Positions 13,271 through 28,334 of a stretch of DNA of 64,000 bases are shown here, piece by piece (within the stretch, counting starts at the first letter, position 1; the number at the start of each line of letters is the position of its first letter). The notes under the pieces were generated by a model that had not been told where the DNA came from, ran no database searches, and saw only the letters and a program-made list of their open reading frames with translations. The stretch is from the NCBI RefSeq assembly GCF_009914755.1, contig NC_060926.1; one strand, given 5' to 3'. This stretch comes from the human T2T-CHM13v2.0 reference genome, Homo sapiens. The position numbers and the translations under genes are program-made.

Positions 13271-16039
13271 TAAAACTTTAGTCCAAAAAAATTTAAAAAT
13301 AGAAAACTCCATTGAGACTCTTATGAGCTGCCTCTCTTGTTTCTTACTAGCAGTTTCCTAACACAGGATTTACTGTGGGTATTGGTATATACCCCTTATT
13401 ATCATATCACATTTGGGAAAATCTGGGCAACTTCTCCACAATTGTTCATGAAAGAAAAGTCTTTAAGCAAAATGGTTCATTTGAAATAAAAATCCTCTTG
13501 GTCACAGTGTTTTTGGAGGTGTAAAAGCCACAGCTAACTTGATTGTCACTCTTCCTCCCTTGCTGCAATGAATGTGGTGCCTGGTTTTCTGTAGCAGATC
13601 TTTCATCCATCTTTCTAGTTATTTCTATCCCCTTTCACTTTAGCCTTGACCTCTAATTCACTGTTTTGAAAGAAAAAAAATTAGGAGTGTGAGCTTGTTC
13701 CAAAAAGCTTGCTTATTTCCTCCCTTACATTTTCCCATGCCCATCTCCCCAGAGAGATTCTGGCACAGGACCCAATTCCCACATCTTATTGTTTTATAAA
13801 CACTTATTAAGGACCCTATGTTGCCATTTCTCATTTATTCCTCATAACCACCCAGTGTGGTAATACTATTAGGTCTACTTTACAGATAAGGCATCTGAAA
13901 TTTAGAGGTTTCCACTGAAGATTGCAAAGCTGGTACTGGATAAAGTGACATAGAAATTTCTTGTTCAGGAATAAATAAATGGACTCAGAACTTACTGTCT
14001 TCATTTGGTGGTTCTAAAATTTATTTTGAGAAACCTAAACCATCATTTAAGAAACCCATGGCTGAATGTGGGATTTTTTTACAGACCTGCCATCAGTTTC
14101 TCACCCCCATATACATCCTTCCTCTCTTGTAGAAAGTTGCAAGAATAAATAAAGAGGGGATCTTTCTACCCGCTCTTGACACACACCACCAGCTCAACTC
14201 ACCAAACCCCAGCAGATAATTTGTTTCAGAATATTCTAAACCATTCCCATGGGATTATTACAAAGAGATTTTCCAAATGGAACTAACACTGAAAGGGTTA
14301 AACCAATTTTATTTTTCAATTTTATAAATGTTTAAAAGGTAAAAGAGGGTTAGCCGTTTCCATGGGTATTACTATGTTGACAGCCAAACTGCCTACACAG
14401 AACCCCAAAATTCTCAATTAGCTATCTATGAGCACCATGATCTACTTTCCCTCACAAGGAGGCCACCTGTTTGCTTTCCTTCTTGAGGATGGAGAAGTCT
14501 TGAAGAGTGCGCCATCCCATCTTTTTCCTTTTTCTCATTCCTGACATCACTTTACTCATTCCCCTGCAACCAAACAGTGCAAACCTCACGAACCACAGAG
14601 ACTCCCTTCCCTCCATGACCATTCCAGCCCACTGGGCACCAGACCTGGAGGGAGTTGGGCTGTGAGATCGGCAAGCTGAGCTGGCTCTCCCAGGATGAGC
14701 TCCGGAGTCACAGGATCCCTGGAGACCTGCCAGAGTGTCTCTCCAGAGAACCTGAGACAGCTGCCAAGGAAGCCTCTCCTTCATCTGCAGCACTACCTTT
14801 TGGGGAGATGCTATATTTGGAGGAAATGTCAGGCAAAATCTGGGCTGGGAATTAGACTGCTCAGGGAGTCACCAACTCTCTGGGTGGGTGAGGACTTCTG
14901 CAAGGCAGCTCTTCCATGCTTCTGCCTTGGAGTAGAACTGCCCATTGTCTCTAAAATCTCATTTTTTAAGAGCTCCCGTCCTCACGATCAAGCTTGTCTA
15001 AATTTAAGAATAAATCCCAAGCTATCTCTTGGAACTGAACTGAACTACATTCTTCTCAAAGAGCCTTGTAGGAAAGCAACTTAGGCATATGAGAAAACTA
15101 TGCGTAATTCTTAAGTGGGAAAATGAGAACTGGGGGAAGATGGACGGAACCCAATGCTGCAACTCAGTTTCCATAGCCAGATGGGAAGCACAGGAGGGAC
15201 AGGAGCCTGGTTCTGTTGACCATACAAATAGTCACCTCACCTTCACAGACCAGACCACTCAGCCTTCTCTGCAGAGGCTACCTGCCCAGATTGTTCACAG
15301 AAACACCTAAGAGGATTGACTTTCAGCTTCGTGATCTGGCTTGGCAGTCTGAATCAATGCCTCTAAACTAAAAGTTACTGGTTATTTCTCTTTATACCAA
15401 GTAGCCATTCTTCCTCTTGTTCTCAGTGCTAGGCAATCCCTGATCACTCTCATCCCATCTCCCAGATTCATTCTCTGCCCTTCTGCCCAGCCCTGTGCTC
15501 CGGTCTTTAAGGATGGCATTTCTAGCTGGGCTATGGTTGGGTTCAGCCAGCTGAAAGGCACTGGTAGGAGAAGAGAAAGAGCCGGCTGTGCTCCCCGGCC
15601 TGGTTCTAGCAATGGTGGCACCCCTCCCTTGCTGCAGTTCTCACCAAGAAGTCCCTCTTTCCTGACTCAGCTCTCACAGGATGCCCATGGCCCTTTCCCA
15701 GAGTCCTTGCCCCCTCAGCCCTGGGAAAGGTGACAGCGTCCTGCTGCCCCTCTCTGAGTGTCTCAACACTCCTTCTTTGTTCCACTGACACCCTGCCCTC
15801 ACTTTCTGAGGTGGTGCCTTCATTAGAGTCTCTCTTTGAACCCTCTAAGGTAAGTTCCTTGCCTTCTTGGAGCTTGCTATCCTGTCATACTCAGCTCCTT
15901 GTAGAGACACAAGCAGTCCAGGCAGGACCCTGCCTCAAGGTCTGGTCTTTCCACATCCTTTTCCATTTCCCTGTAACTCTCATTGCCTTGATTTCTGTCC
16001 AGTCTGTCTCTCACTTTCTTCAGTTCTCTGGCCACATGT

Positions 16040-16277
16040 CACCTAATCACAGATACATCTCCTGACCCCCACCCCATCCTCTTGCTCCTGTCACTCTGTC
16101 TCCCATACCCTGCTCTAGTTTTCTTCATTTTTATCATTTGACATATTATCTAGTTATTGATTTGTTTATTGTCTTTCTTCTCTGGCTAGAATGGAACCTC
16201 CTTTATAGTTTATTGCTAAACTTCAACAAGGCCAGAAGTATGATAGTACTCCATAACGTTTATTGAATGAGTAAATG
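16040..16277 (+). mobile_element. L2 3' end fragment
   Basis: tttgtttattgtctttcttctctggctagaatggaacctc...gtttattgaatgagtaaatg. Confidence 0.65.
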
Positions 16278-17079
16278 TACTGTGTAGACACGCTGGACTC
16301 TTTCCTTCATGGCTTCAGGCTTTGAACTCTGTATGAAGCTTTTCCTCATGATGCCCTATAGACCACCTTAGATAGTAATTAGTAAGTATTCAAAGATACT
16401 TGGAATTGCACTCAGAGATACTGGATGCATATAAAGATAAATCAAAGCAGAAAAAAAAATCCCCAAATTCCAAATTCTAACCACCATCAAGATTTGGAAT
16501 CTATACATAAGCCTCCAGAATTGGGAGTAAGGGGTAGGCATGGGTCTAGGCATCCAAACTAGGAATGGATGCCTTTAGGAGGCAGATCAGATGCAGGGGA
16601 GGCTGGGCTAAAAAGGAAAGGAGGAAAGGCTGAGGCCATAAGAGTTATGAGGTGTGGCCAAGTTTTTGTCCCCAGAGAAGGGAGAAGAAAATTCAAAGCC
16701 TCATATTTTTTCAGATTGAGCATCCTCTTTTTGAGAACTTCCAACTTCCCTCATGTCACTTGGGTCATGTCCTAAAGCAAACCCTTCGTCTTCTGAAGCA
16801 AGAGTGCCAGGGCCTTGTGTCTTCTCCTTCTCAGGAGTCTAGGGAACGTCTAAAAGAAGAAAGTGGGAATCTCAAAATTGGGCTCTTTCACACTCGAGGA
16901 AAATTCAAGATTTCATAGATCGGAGTGTGGCCCACCTCCAGCAAAACCATGGAACAGCTCAGAGGATGTGAGAACTAGAATCTCAGGTCTACCATGACCT
17001 GATCACACCCACACCATATTCCCCTGCAACCTCCCTGCACACTTTCCGCCAGGGCCCACGCGAAGCCCTACCTGGGTCA

Positions 17080-19997
17080 GCTTTCACTAATGTTAGCCAT
17101 TCTAATAGGAGTATAGTGATATCTAGTGTGGTGTTAATTTGCATTCCCCTAATTACTAATAATGCTGAGCATCTTTTCGTGAGCTTATTTTCCACCTGTT
17201 TATCTTCTTTGGTTAAGTGTCTTCTAAAAGTGTTTGTGCATTTTAACTATACTACTATTGATTTTTTAGAGTTCTTTATATATTCTGTACACAAGTCCTT
17301 TATTGGATAAGTGGTTTGCAAATATTTTTTTTCTAGCCTGTGGCTTGACTTTTCATTTACTCAATTGTGTCTCTCAAAAAACAGAGACTTTAAATTTTTA
17401 TGAAGTCTCATTATCCATTTGTTCTTTTATGGAACATGCTTTGGTATTGTATCTAAGAAATCTTCTCATAACCCAAAGTCACAACGGTTTTCTTTTTTCT
17501 TCTGTATTTCGGAAATCTTTCTGCTATCTAGTTTAATTCCATTATGGTCAGATAACATACTTTGTATAATTTCAATTCTTTTCAATCTGTTAAGGTTTGT
17601 TTTATGACCCAAGATATGATCCGTCTTGGTGAACGTTCCATGAGTATTTGAAAAGAATGTGCATTCCACTATTACTGAGTGAAGTGTTCTTTAAATAGCA
17701 ATATATCCAGTTGGTTGACAGCATTGTTCAATTCTTCTATATCCTGGCTGATTTTCTGTCTACTGGTGCTATCAATTACTGAGAAAGACTTTTAAGTCTC
17801 CAACCATAATTGTGGATTTGTCTATTTCTTCTTTCAGTTGTGTCAGATTTTCCTTTATGTATTTTGGAGCTCTGTTCTTAAAGGCAAACTATTTAGATTA
17901 ATGTTTTCTTTGTGAACTGATTCTTTTATCATTATGTAATATACAATATCCCTCTCTATTCCTAATTTTTTTGGCTGTGGATTCTACTTTGTCTCATATG
18001 AATGTAGCCAGTCCAGCATTCCTTTGCATAATGTCTAGTAAGTAATCTTTCATTCTTTTACTCCTATACACTCCTTGTATATGTATTTCATTTGAATTGA
18101 ATTTTTATAATGCAATTATTGATATGCTTGGATTTAGATTTGCCATTTTATTCTTTGTTTTCTATTTATTTTCTCTGTTTTGTTGTTGTTGTTTTTGTTG
18201 TTGTTCCTCTATTTCCCCTCTCCCCTCCTGCCTTCTTCGGGCCTATTTGAACATTTAAAAAATATTCCATTTTATTGTATCTATTGCATTTCTGACTATA
18301 TCTCTTTGTATAGTTTTTTTGTTTGTGTGTTTGTTTGTTTCTTTACTGGTTGCTCTTGGAATTACCACATATATATATACACTTAACTTTTTCAGTCTAC
18401 TTTAATTCAATATTTTACCACTTCAAGTGAAAGGTAGAAACCTTGTCACCATATAGGCCCCTTTACCCTCCCCCATATATGTCATGGTTATCTTGTGTAT
18501 TATGTCTACATACACTGAAAACCCAGACAATGTTACTTTTGTTTTTAACCATCAAATATATTCTAAAGAACTTCATAGGAAAAGAATAGTCTATTACATT
18601 TACCCAAATATGTATTATTTCTATTTCTTTCTTCACTCCTGATGTTTCAGTTTTCCTTCCAGTATCATTTTCTTTCTGTCTGAAGACTTCGCTTTAGCCA
18701 TTCTCTTAGAGCAGGTCTACTGCTAACAAATTCCTTATTATTTCCTTCATCTGAGAATTTTTTTTTCACCTTCGTTCCTACAGAATATTGCCACTGGATA
18801 TAGAATTCTAGATATACAGTTCTTTTCTTTCAGCACTTGAATAATGTTGTTTCTATTTCTTCTGGCTCCGTGGTTTCTGATGAGAAATCTGAGAAATCCA
18901 CATTCATAAGAATGACTGTTTCCAATAGGTAATATATCTCTGGCTGTTTTCAAAAAATTTCTGTCTTCAGTTTTCAGCAGTGTGATTATAATATATCTGG
19001 GTGTGGATTATCTAGTTTATCTGGTTTGACATTCACTGAGCTTCTTAAATCTGTAGGTTTCTGTCTTTCACCAAATTGGGAAAGTTTTCAGGCAATTTTG
19101 TTTGGTTTGGTTTTGTTTTTTAGCCTCGTATTCTCTCATTTCCTCTGGTGCTCTGATTACCCACAGGTCCCTGAAGTCTGTTCTCTTTTTTTAATCTTTT
19201 TCTCTCTGCTGTTCAGATTAGATTACTTCTATTGACCTATTTTCACGTTCTAACTCTCTCTCCTGTTGTCTCTATTCTGCTATTAAGGCCATCTAGCAAT
19301 GTTTTGATTTTGTTTTTGTGTTAGTTTTTTCCCTAAATTTCCATTTCTTAGTTTTTTTGGAGGGAGAGAGAGTTGTATTTTTTCTATCTTTTCTAATTTT
19401 TTGCTGATAATTTCTATCTTGTCATTAATTCCAAGACTGCTCTGCCTTATTGGGTGAAGCATTTTTATAAGAGCTGCTTTAAATTTTTTGTCATGTTAGC
19501 TAGATATTGAATTCCATTAATTGTCTTTTTCTGGATGGCTTGAGATTTTGTTCATTCTATGTATGCTATGTAATTTTGGACTGTACCCTGGACATTTTCA
19601 GTATTATTTTAAAACACTCTGGTTGTATTTAAGTCCTCATTGCTTATTCTATGTTTTTATTTTAATAAGTAAGTAGCCCAGTTGGTTTCAGTCCACATGT
19701 TTAAACTAGCTTTATGAGGGTTGTGGTTCTATTATCAGCTCAATTTTCAAAACCTCTGCAGTGATGTTTGGGCCTGTCTCACATGTATACCACCCAGTAG
19801 CCAGTTTAGTACTTAGGTATGTGGTATAGCCCATAGTTCAGTTCTCAAAGTCTATATATAATATTTTAGCCAAGTTCACTCATGCACAGTTCATGGGGGT
19901 GTAGCCCAGGAGTTCATAAGCCACTTTAAAGGGTCCTCTTCCTAAATGCCTCTCTGTCTATAATCTCCCACATACTTTCTGGTTCCCTTTCTGGCAC
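17080..19997 (-). mobile_element. Old L1M LINE, internally deleted (5' region, ORF1, ORF2 endonuclease remnant and ORF2 C-terminal remnant)
   Basis: Minus-strand translations give ORF1p C-terminus IIQVLKEKNCISRILYPVAIFCRNEGEKK (18747-18953), endonuclease TFFSNTHGTFTKTDHILGHKTNLN...SDHNGIKL (17466-17669) and ORF2 C-terminal KRCSALLVIRGMQINTT (~17110-17190). Confidence 0.9.
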
Positions 19998-20026
19998 CTT
20001 TTTTTTTTATTTTTTATTTTGTTTTT

Positions 20027-20352
20027 TGCAGTTGCAAGATTTTATGGAGTGAAAACAGAGCTCCCATACAAAGGGAGGGGACCCAAAGAGGGTTGCCATT
20101 GCTGGCTCGAATGCTTGGGTTTATATCCCGATCATTGTCCCTGCAGCTGTTCTCTCAGGCAATAGATGATCGGCTATTTCCTTACCTCCTGTTTTTGCCT
20201 AATTAGCATTTTAGTGAGCTCTCTTTACCACCTGATTGGTCAGGTGTGAGCTAAGTTGCAAGCCCCGTGTTTAAAGGTGGATGTGGTCACCTTCCCAGCT
20301 AGGCTTAGGGATTCTTAGTCAGCCTAGGAAATCCAGCTAGTCCTGTCTCTCA
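20027..20352 (-). mobile_element. LTR17 U3-R of HERV-W (U5 absent)
   Basis: Recognisable HERV-W LTR sequence with CCAAT box and GATATAAAC TATA box on the minus strand. Confidence 0.95.
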
Positions 20353-20410
20353 GTGCCTCCTCTCAACAGGAAAATCCAAGCGCTGTTAGGGAGTTTGGCC
20401 GATGACCACT

Positions 20411-20644
20411 CTAACTGCTTCCTGCTGAATTGGGGCATAGTAGGGGTCGTGCAATTGAGATATCCTCAGGAGGGGTGGCTCCAATGTCGTTAACATCAGA
20501 GCATGGGCTAGCAGGCTGATCCAGGGGTCTGCGGTAGATCTTAGTCATGGAATGCATCTGGGGTTCCATTTGAGGAACAATTTGTAGTTTTATAGCTTTG
20601 ATTCTGGAAGAGACAAACTTAACAAGGAGGTTAAAGATACAGGG
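20411..20644 (-). pseudogene. HERV-W env cytoplasmic-tail remnant (syncytin-1 paralogous sequence)
   Basis: Minus translation PCIFNLLVKFVSSRIKAIKLQIVPQMEPQM...PNSAGSS*, stop at 20411-20413. Confidence 0.9.
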
Positions 20645-20664
20645 ATTGAAATGTATGGCCTGTA

Positions 20665-22194
<1,530 letters not shown>

Positions 22195-22359
22195 TTAAAC
22201 ACCCTGAACTAAAGAAAAGGTATCCATGGGTTACCTTGTTTTGTGCAACACTTAGCTTAACAAGCACTCAGCATAGATGGGCAGATGGTACTTAATGGTG
22301 GACATCTTTTTTTTTTTGTCTGAATTAAGAAACAGGTTATCCATGATAATAACAACAAT

Positions 22360-22590
22360 AACTATGACTTACTGGGGGCTTACTCTGAGCCCAGCAACAG
22401 TGCTAGGTATGCATATACACTATCTATTTAGTCTGCAAAACTCTTCTCCATAGGTGCTACTCTCCAAATTTTAAAGAGGATGAAATCGAGACATAAAGGT
22501 TAAGGCAGGTCATAGCTGTATGGGGCTAGAACTGGATTTCAACACAGGCTTGTGTGACCCCAAAGACAGTGCTCATTCCATACCACCATA
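22360..22590 (-). mobile_element. MIR SINE
   Basis: acttactgggggcttactctgagcccagc, gaggatgaaatcgagacataaaggttaag, ctggatttcaacacaggc. Confidence 0.65.
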
Positions 22591-23949
22591 CTTCCTTACC
22601 TCTGAATACTCACACTGGGGAAAAGGAAGCATAATGATTATGTATAAGCTCTGCATGGTATTATACTACTTCCCTTAAAATTAGAAAGAAATATGGTTGG
22701 TCATAAAGAGAAACCACTGACAGTGAGCCCAAGGGAAGTTGTGGACTCTTCCATTTGATGTCTTTAAAGCATAAAGAATTCAGTTGTTTAGCTTCATGTT
22801 TCCTAAAGGTAGAGAAGTGGAAATGACAACCCCCTCCCTCCATGTCTTTCTCAGGCCAAAAATTCCATTTAACATTGCCCCCAACTAAATACCTGTCTCC
22901 CTTCTGAAGGACTTGCTGCAGTCAGCTTTGCCGGCCTATAGGTGCAAACATCTGGAAGGCAGGTGTTTGATTTTGTGGGTGCCAGAGGACACACAGCTGA
23001 GCGGCACAGCTGAGGGGCAGGGAGGAAATGTCTTACATTGATGTAGCACCTTCTGACTCTCCCCAGGCCCCCTTCAACAGGGAAGTGGTGGGGGGAGGTG
23101 ACCAGAGAGCCACCAGCTGTGGAGCAGCTGCACAGGGGAGCACTTAAGAGGAGGACAGGAAGTGAAACACAGAAGGGCAGGCAGTCCCGGGGAGAGGTCT
23201 GAGGGAAGTGGAGGGAAATGGGGCTAAATCTTCCTGCCTGACTGCTGCTCTGGGGAGGTCCTGGTTAAACTCAGAGGCCAAGGACTCAGCTTCTATTTCT
23301 CCTAGGGGATAAGAAGGGAGGAAGGGGAAAGAGCAGTTTTCTTTAATTAAAAACAAAGAGTCTTCCAGACATTTGTGTGCTCCTCCATTCCCTGCTCTGA
23401 CCTGAAATGGACTGTGCCCACTCATTCACATGTGCAAGAAAGAAGTGGCCTAAGTTTTCACTTTCTTAAACCCATTTGTATCTCATTCCCAGTCCCTAGC
23501 CCACCAAAGGAAGAAGGGTGGGGAGTCAATTTCCACTGTTACAAGAGGCTTCTGCCAAGAATTGTGCCAACATTACAGATACTCCCCTGATCCTGGATAA
23601 TGAGTCCACCCAGTACCTGCTAGGATGTCCCTTGTGCTGCCTGATATAGTCCTTTCAGGTCTAGTGGTCACTGTGCCCTGAGTCCTATCTCCTGAGACCT
23701 TCACACCACCATTTCCTCTAAGACTAGCCTCCTCTGCAGGACCTCACCAGGATAGCCCCCAACCTATCCCTGGGAATGTCTTCACTCTGCCTCACTCTAA
23801 GGCGCTTTCCTCCTCCTTTTCCCCTCCTGTTCTAGGACACCTAGAAAATCTGATAGGTTTAGGCTTTTACAAAAGACAGAGAAAGTCTCTGATTTCAAAG
23901 TAGCTTCTGTAGTCCATCCTGTAAAGCAAGGAATTAATGTAATTGAAAA

Positions 23950-24165
23950 TTTATGTAGTTCTTCTATGTCCTAAGCACGTTCTAAACACTTTACATTGTT
24001 AGCTCGTTTAATTCTCACAAAACTTTTTTAGGTAGGTGCTATTGTTATTCCACTTTACAGACAAGGAAAGTGAGGCACAAAGAGGCTAAGTAACTTAACC
24101 AAGGTTGCATAGCTGGGCAATGGCAGAACAAGGATTTGAGCCCAGGCAGTCTGTCTCTAGAGTTA
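23950..24165 (-). mobile_element. MIR SINE
   Basis: cactttacagacaaggaaagtgaggcacaaagaggctaagtaacttaaccaagg...ggatttgagcccaggcagtctg. Confidence 0.85.
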
Positions 24166-24799
24166 TCCATGATAAAAGTTCTATATCTTGTCACCTACAG
24201 ACTACCTCCTTAAACCTGGAGGAGAAAAAAAATACAATTTAAAACACCATAAATTAACATTTCAAAATGTATGTTCCTATACCAGGAGATAAGTGAATTA
24301 ATTTCCTAGGCATTTCTAGATGGTCTCTCTACCACCATGGTACTATATCCACTTACCTCTTCCCAGAAGCCACTAACTGGGTGTGGGGGGAAGGACAAGA
24401 AAAAACAAAGAGGAAAAAGCAAATGGAAAACTCAGTTCTGGTTCAAAAAGATTAACTTTGAACCAAAGTTTTAAACCAGAAGTGGCTAAGTCACTTTAAA
24501 GCACAGAGATCATGGTTTAAACTGTCAGCTAAAATTGATGGTTGAGTTCAATTTTGAAAAAAAAGAAAGTTTCATTTCTAAACATTTGAGCTGAGTAACA
24601 TTTTTACCTGGTAGATAAGTTCTTTATCAGATAGTAGGGTACAGGTGTGTCTTTTAAAAATATTTTTAAAACATTTCTCCAGTTGAGGGTGGGGTGGGAT
24701 AAGAGTATGGGTCCACAAAAATTTCAAGTAAAACCATCAGAGAGCAAAAGAATTTTCCATCACAAAAAGCAAATCTTATTTATATATCACCATCTCTGA

Positions 24800-25560
24800 T
24801 CTTATGTTCCCTACTCAAATTTCTTCATCCTTTAAATGCAACATGCCGCAACTTAAATCCTTTATTTTTATCCTAAACCATCCCCAATTCTATAACTTAA
24901 CATTAGCATTACTACCTTTTAGTCTTCCAAGCCTGAAACCCAAGAGTCAGCCTTTTCTCTCCATCAGCCGCCAGTATCAAATCGGTCTCTAAGAACTACT
25001 GATCCATCTTCCCAGTGTTTCTCAATTTTATGTCTTCTCCATCCTCAGCCCCACTACAATGAGCTCAGGCCCTCGTTATTCTTACCTAGGTTTTTTAGTT
25101 TTTGTTTTTGTTTGGCCACACCTTAAAGCTGGTCTGGATTCCATTTTTTTCCCCTCTAATCTTAACTCTTCCCCACTGCTGCCAGTCTTGTGACAATGCC
25201 CCCCCTGCCATGGTTTCCCAATACCTGCAGAACAAGCTCATATGCCCTATTCAGCTCTCAAGGTTGTCATGATTTGACCTCAAGCCTACAGTCACAATCT
25301 CACTGATCACCCCCTCAACATCACAGTTTCTGTGTTATAACAGCTGCAGTTCATGTAAAATACCCCATTCTTTTCCCTGTTCTATTTTTTTACCCCTGTA
25401 GTTTCCTCTCCCTGGAATTTGCTTCTCCTTCTCTCCCTCTCTGCCCAAAGCACTCTTACATATCTTGCAAGAATTAGCTGCAATGTCACCACTATAATGA
25501 CACCTCCCCCACTCACCTGAGCAAATTTGGCTATCTGTGTTGGCTTCCCAAAGCATCTTA
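24800..25560 (+). mobile_element. Degenerate L2 LINE fragment
   Basis: Pyrimidine-rich L2 body motifs ctccatcctcagccccact...caggccctcgttattcttacct, ccatggtttcccaatacctgcagaacaa. Confidence 0.55.
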
Positions 25561-25562
25561 CA

Positions 25563-25798
25563 CAGCTTGAGTATTCCTTATCCAAAATGCTTGGGACCAG
25601 AAGATTTTCAAGTCTGAGATTTTTTCAATTTTTGGGATATTTGCATTATGCTTGCTGATTAAGCATCCCAAATCCAAAAATCCAAAACTTGAAGTGCTTC
25701 AATGAGACTTTCCTTTGAGCTTCATGTTGGTGCTCAAAAAGGTTTGAATTTTGGAACATTTCAGATTTTGGATTTTTGGGTTTCAGATGCTCAACCTG
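25563..25798 (+). mobile_element. Tigger4a/MER46A (Zombi) TcMar MITE
   Basis: TIRs cagcttgagtattcc ... gatgctcaacctg followed by TA; internal aatgagactttcctttgagcttcatgttggtgctcaaaaa. Confidence 0.88.
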
Positions 25799-26029
25799 TA
25801 TAGGAGCCCAAAAGCTGCATTTAAACATAAACAAATACATGTAATTGAGTTGCATGTTTTCTGACTCCAGACCCTCAGTTCCTCAAGATCAAGAACCAAG
25901 TCTTTCATTCTGCATATTCTTAATGAGTACCCAGTATATAAGAGGCAACTGAGAGTTTCTTGAATTAGTACTTGATGTAACAGTACAAAAACACTAACAA
26001 ACACATCCTTGTTTTTATCACATAAGAAG

Positions 26030-26278
26030 CTGGCATAGAGTATGTTCAGGAGGGCAGAATGCCTGCCTTTGAATCCTGGGTCCACTGACAACTTTCTTAT
26101 CTTCAGCAGTTTATGTAACTTCTCTGTGTGCCTCACTTTCCTCATCTGCAGAATGGGATACTAGTAGTAGGGACTTCTAGGGGTTGTAGTGAGCACTAAG
26201 TGTGTTTTAGGCATGTAAGACACTTCAAAGAATGTCCAGCCAATAGCACATGCTCAATAAGCAATGGTTACTATTATC
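26030..26278 (+). mobile_element. MIR SINE
   Basis: ctctgtgtgcctcactttcctcatctgcagaatgggata...tgctcaataagcaatggttactattat. Confidence 0.8.
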
Positions 26279-26529
26279 AGCTTTACAAATATTACATACA
26301 AGATTTTATTACGAAGAGTCTAAAACCAAGCAATACCAAGCACTGCTTTCTAACTCATGTTATATTGCATTTATTAGTGTCTTAAAACAAATGTAGGCAG
26401 TATTTCTTCACCAAACATTTCTTACTGGGTTCTCTCCACAAGCCTGCCTATCAGATTCCGAGAGCAGACACCATGCTGATACCCCGCCTGTTTTCTCATT
26501 TTTCCTTTCCACTCAGTGGGTTTCCCAGA

Positions 26530-26715
26530 GCAGCATTCCTTTAAAAATCGCCAGACCTAAGAACCTCCTGAGGAGCTAATTAAACTGCAGAGCACCAAGG
26601 CACATTCAGATTATAATTCTGTAGGTCTGGAGTGAAGTCCTAGAATCCGCATATTTATACCTCTCAACCTGATTCTGTTGTAAGTGATTCACACTCTTCC
26701 CTTTGGGAAATACTG
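26530..26715. mobile_element. MER5-type hAT-Charlie MITE remnant
   Basis: attctgtaggtctggagtgaagtcctagaatccgcatattt...tgattc...tttgggaaatactg. Confidence 0.55.
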
Positions 26716-27439
26716 CCCTGTTAACTTCCATCCAAGACCCAATAGGGGAAGTAGCAGTCTTTCAGAATCTTCCAGAACAAATCAAGGAGGTGGTGGCAGT
26801 CTCAACAGCCAGAAAACATATACAGCAGCATCTCTTTATCTGCCATGTTGCCAAACCTGCTGTCACTACCCAACAAATAATAATCACCATGATAATAGCA
26901 GCTGGAATATGTGGACTGAAGTTAAACTAAGGAAAAGGGAGTGGAGCCACAGCTGGCACGTGCAGTGGTTGAATGACATGGCGGGGGTTCGAAGGAGTCC
27001 TGGCTCTCATTGAGGAGTGCCCCCGAGAGGCCCGCTGCCTGACCAACCACAGTCAAAGAGCAAGCATCCCTCTCAAAAGTGACACAGATGCAAGAAGTCC
27101 TCTACAGAGCCATTCCCATGTGGTATTCTTGACTCCTTGGGTGGCTTGCCAAGCCCAGATAGAACTGATATTTCTGGGGACTACTTCAAACCACATTTCT
27201 TGGCTCAGGCATCAAAGACCACTACCCCCAGCCTAGGCGTCACCCACTTCTCTTCAACAGCCCTCAGGTTTCATTACTCCAGTCAATCACCCAATATTTA
27301 GGTTTCTAATACATGCAAGTCACTTTGCTAGAAACAAGATCACAAAATGAGGTATAGCCCCAGCCTTCTAGGACTTTACAATGCCTTTGTGGAGATGAGA
27401 GTAAAGGCATGATCAGTGAAATCTGGTAAGAGATAACTC

Positions 27440-27890
27440 CCTTCTTGCTCTCCCAGATCCCATCTCAACCTTTACTCTACTCTGCGCCCCTAGAGGGTGA
27501 TGTCTCAGGGATGCACAAACAAACCAAACTCCCTTCTCTCTAGCTTCTTTGGGTTCTATAATATTATTGGGAGGCAACAGTAGGAAATTGGTGGGCAGGA
27601 AGAGCAAGAGGTCTGGAGATTTATTCTCCAGTTCCTGTCCTTCCTGTCCAAGCATTTTACAACCTGAGGACATAGCTGCTCTCCAGAGGCCCTTCTCTGA
27701 TAGCTACCGTCTCTCTGAATCAGGCAATTGGCCTCTCTTCTGGTATCTTCAGGACCAGGCATAGTAGCTGCTTCTTACCCGTAGCCCTAGGTGTGCTCCA
27801 ACATCCTTCTTTGGTTTCCGTTAACTGCCCACACCAACGTAAACAGACTCTTCATTAAACTCCCCTTACACCCTTTGGGAGTATGCCATC
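27440..27890 (+). mobile_element. LTR33-like ERVL solo LTR
   Basis: gggcaggaagagcaagaggtctggagatttattctcc, aactgcccacacc...gtaaacagactcttcattaaactc...gagtatgccatct. Confidence 0.7.
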
Positions 27891-27894
27891 TGGA

Positions 27895-28334
27895 GCAGGC
27901 ACTGCTGGTTCTCTGTGAGCAGACCCTAGGCATGCATCATCCCTGCTGGTCTTCTTGCAGCAAGCACCTGTGGCTCTGCCTATGTGCTCTCTCCAGCCCC
28001 AGGGGCATGCTTGAACTGCACGAGGGTCCCCCAAGAGCAGTCCTCAAAGAATGATAAGTAGCAGTTGATGGACAAATGAATAGCTCATCTTCCTAGGCCT
28101 TCAGGACAACTTGGAAGTGTGTTCCACATCATCTCCCAGAGGTGCCCAGCAGGGTTGAGCCCTGGTTGCCCACAGTGGGAACTTTCTCATTGACATACCC
28201 CATTTCAGTTGCCTTCTCTTCCTGCCTCACTTCCCCAGTCCCCTCTTAGTGCTCCCTGAGATAACCTCCTAAATAAACTACTTGCACCCAAATCTGTTCT
28301 CAGGACCTGCTTCTGGAGGGGCCAACCTAAGACA
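27895..28334 (+). mobile_element. LTR16 (A/C-like) ERVL solo LTR
   Basis: cccagcagggttgagccctggttgcccacagtgg, ctcctaaataaactacttgcacccaaatc.gttctcagg...ctaagaca. Confidence 0.85.
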
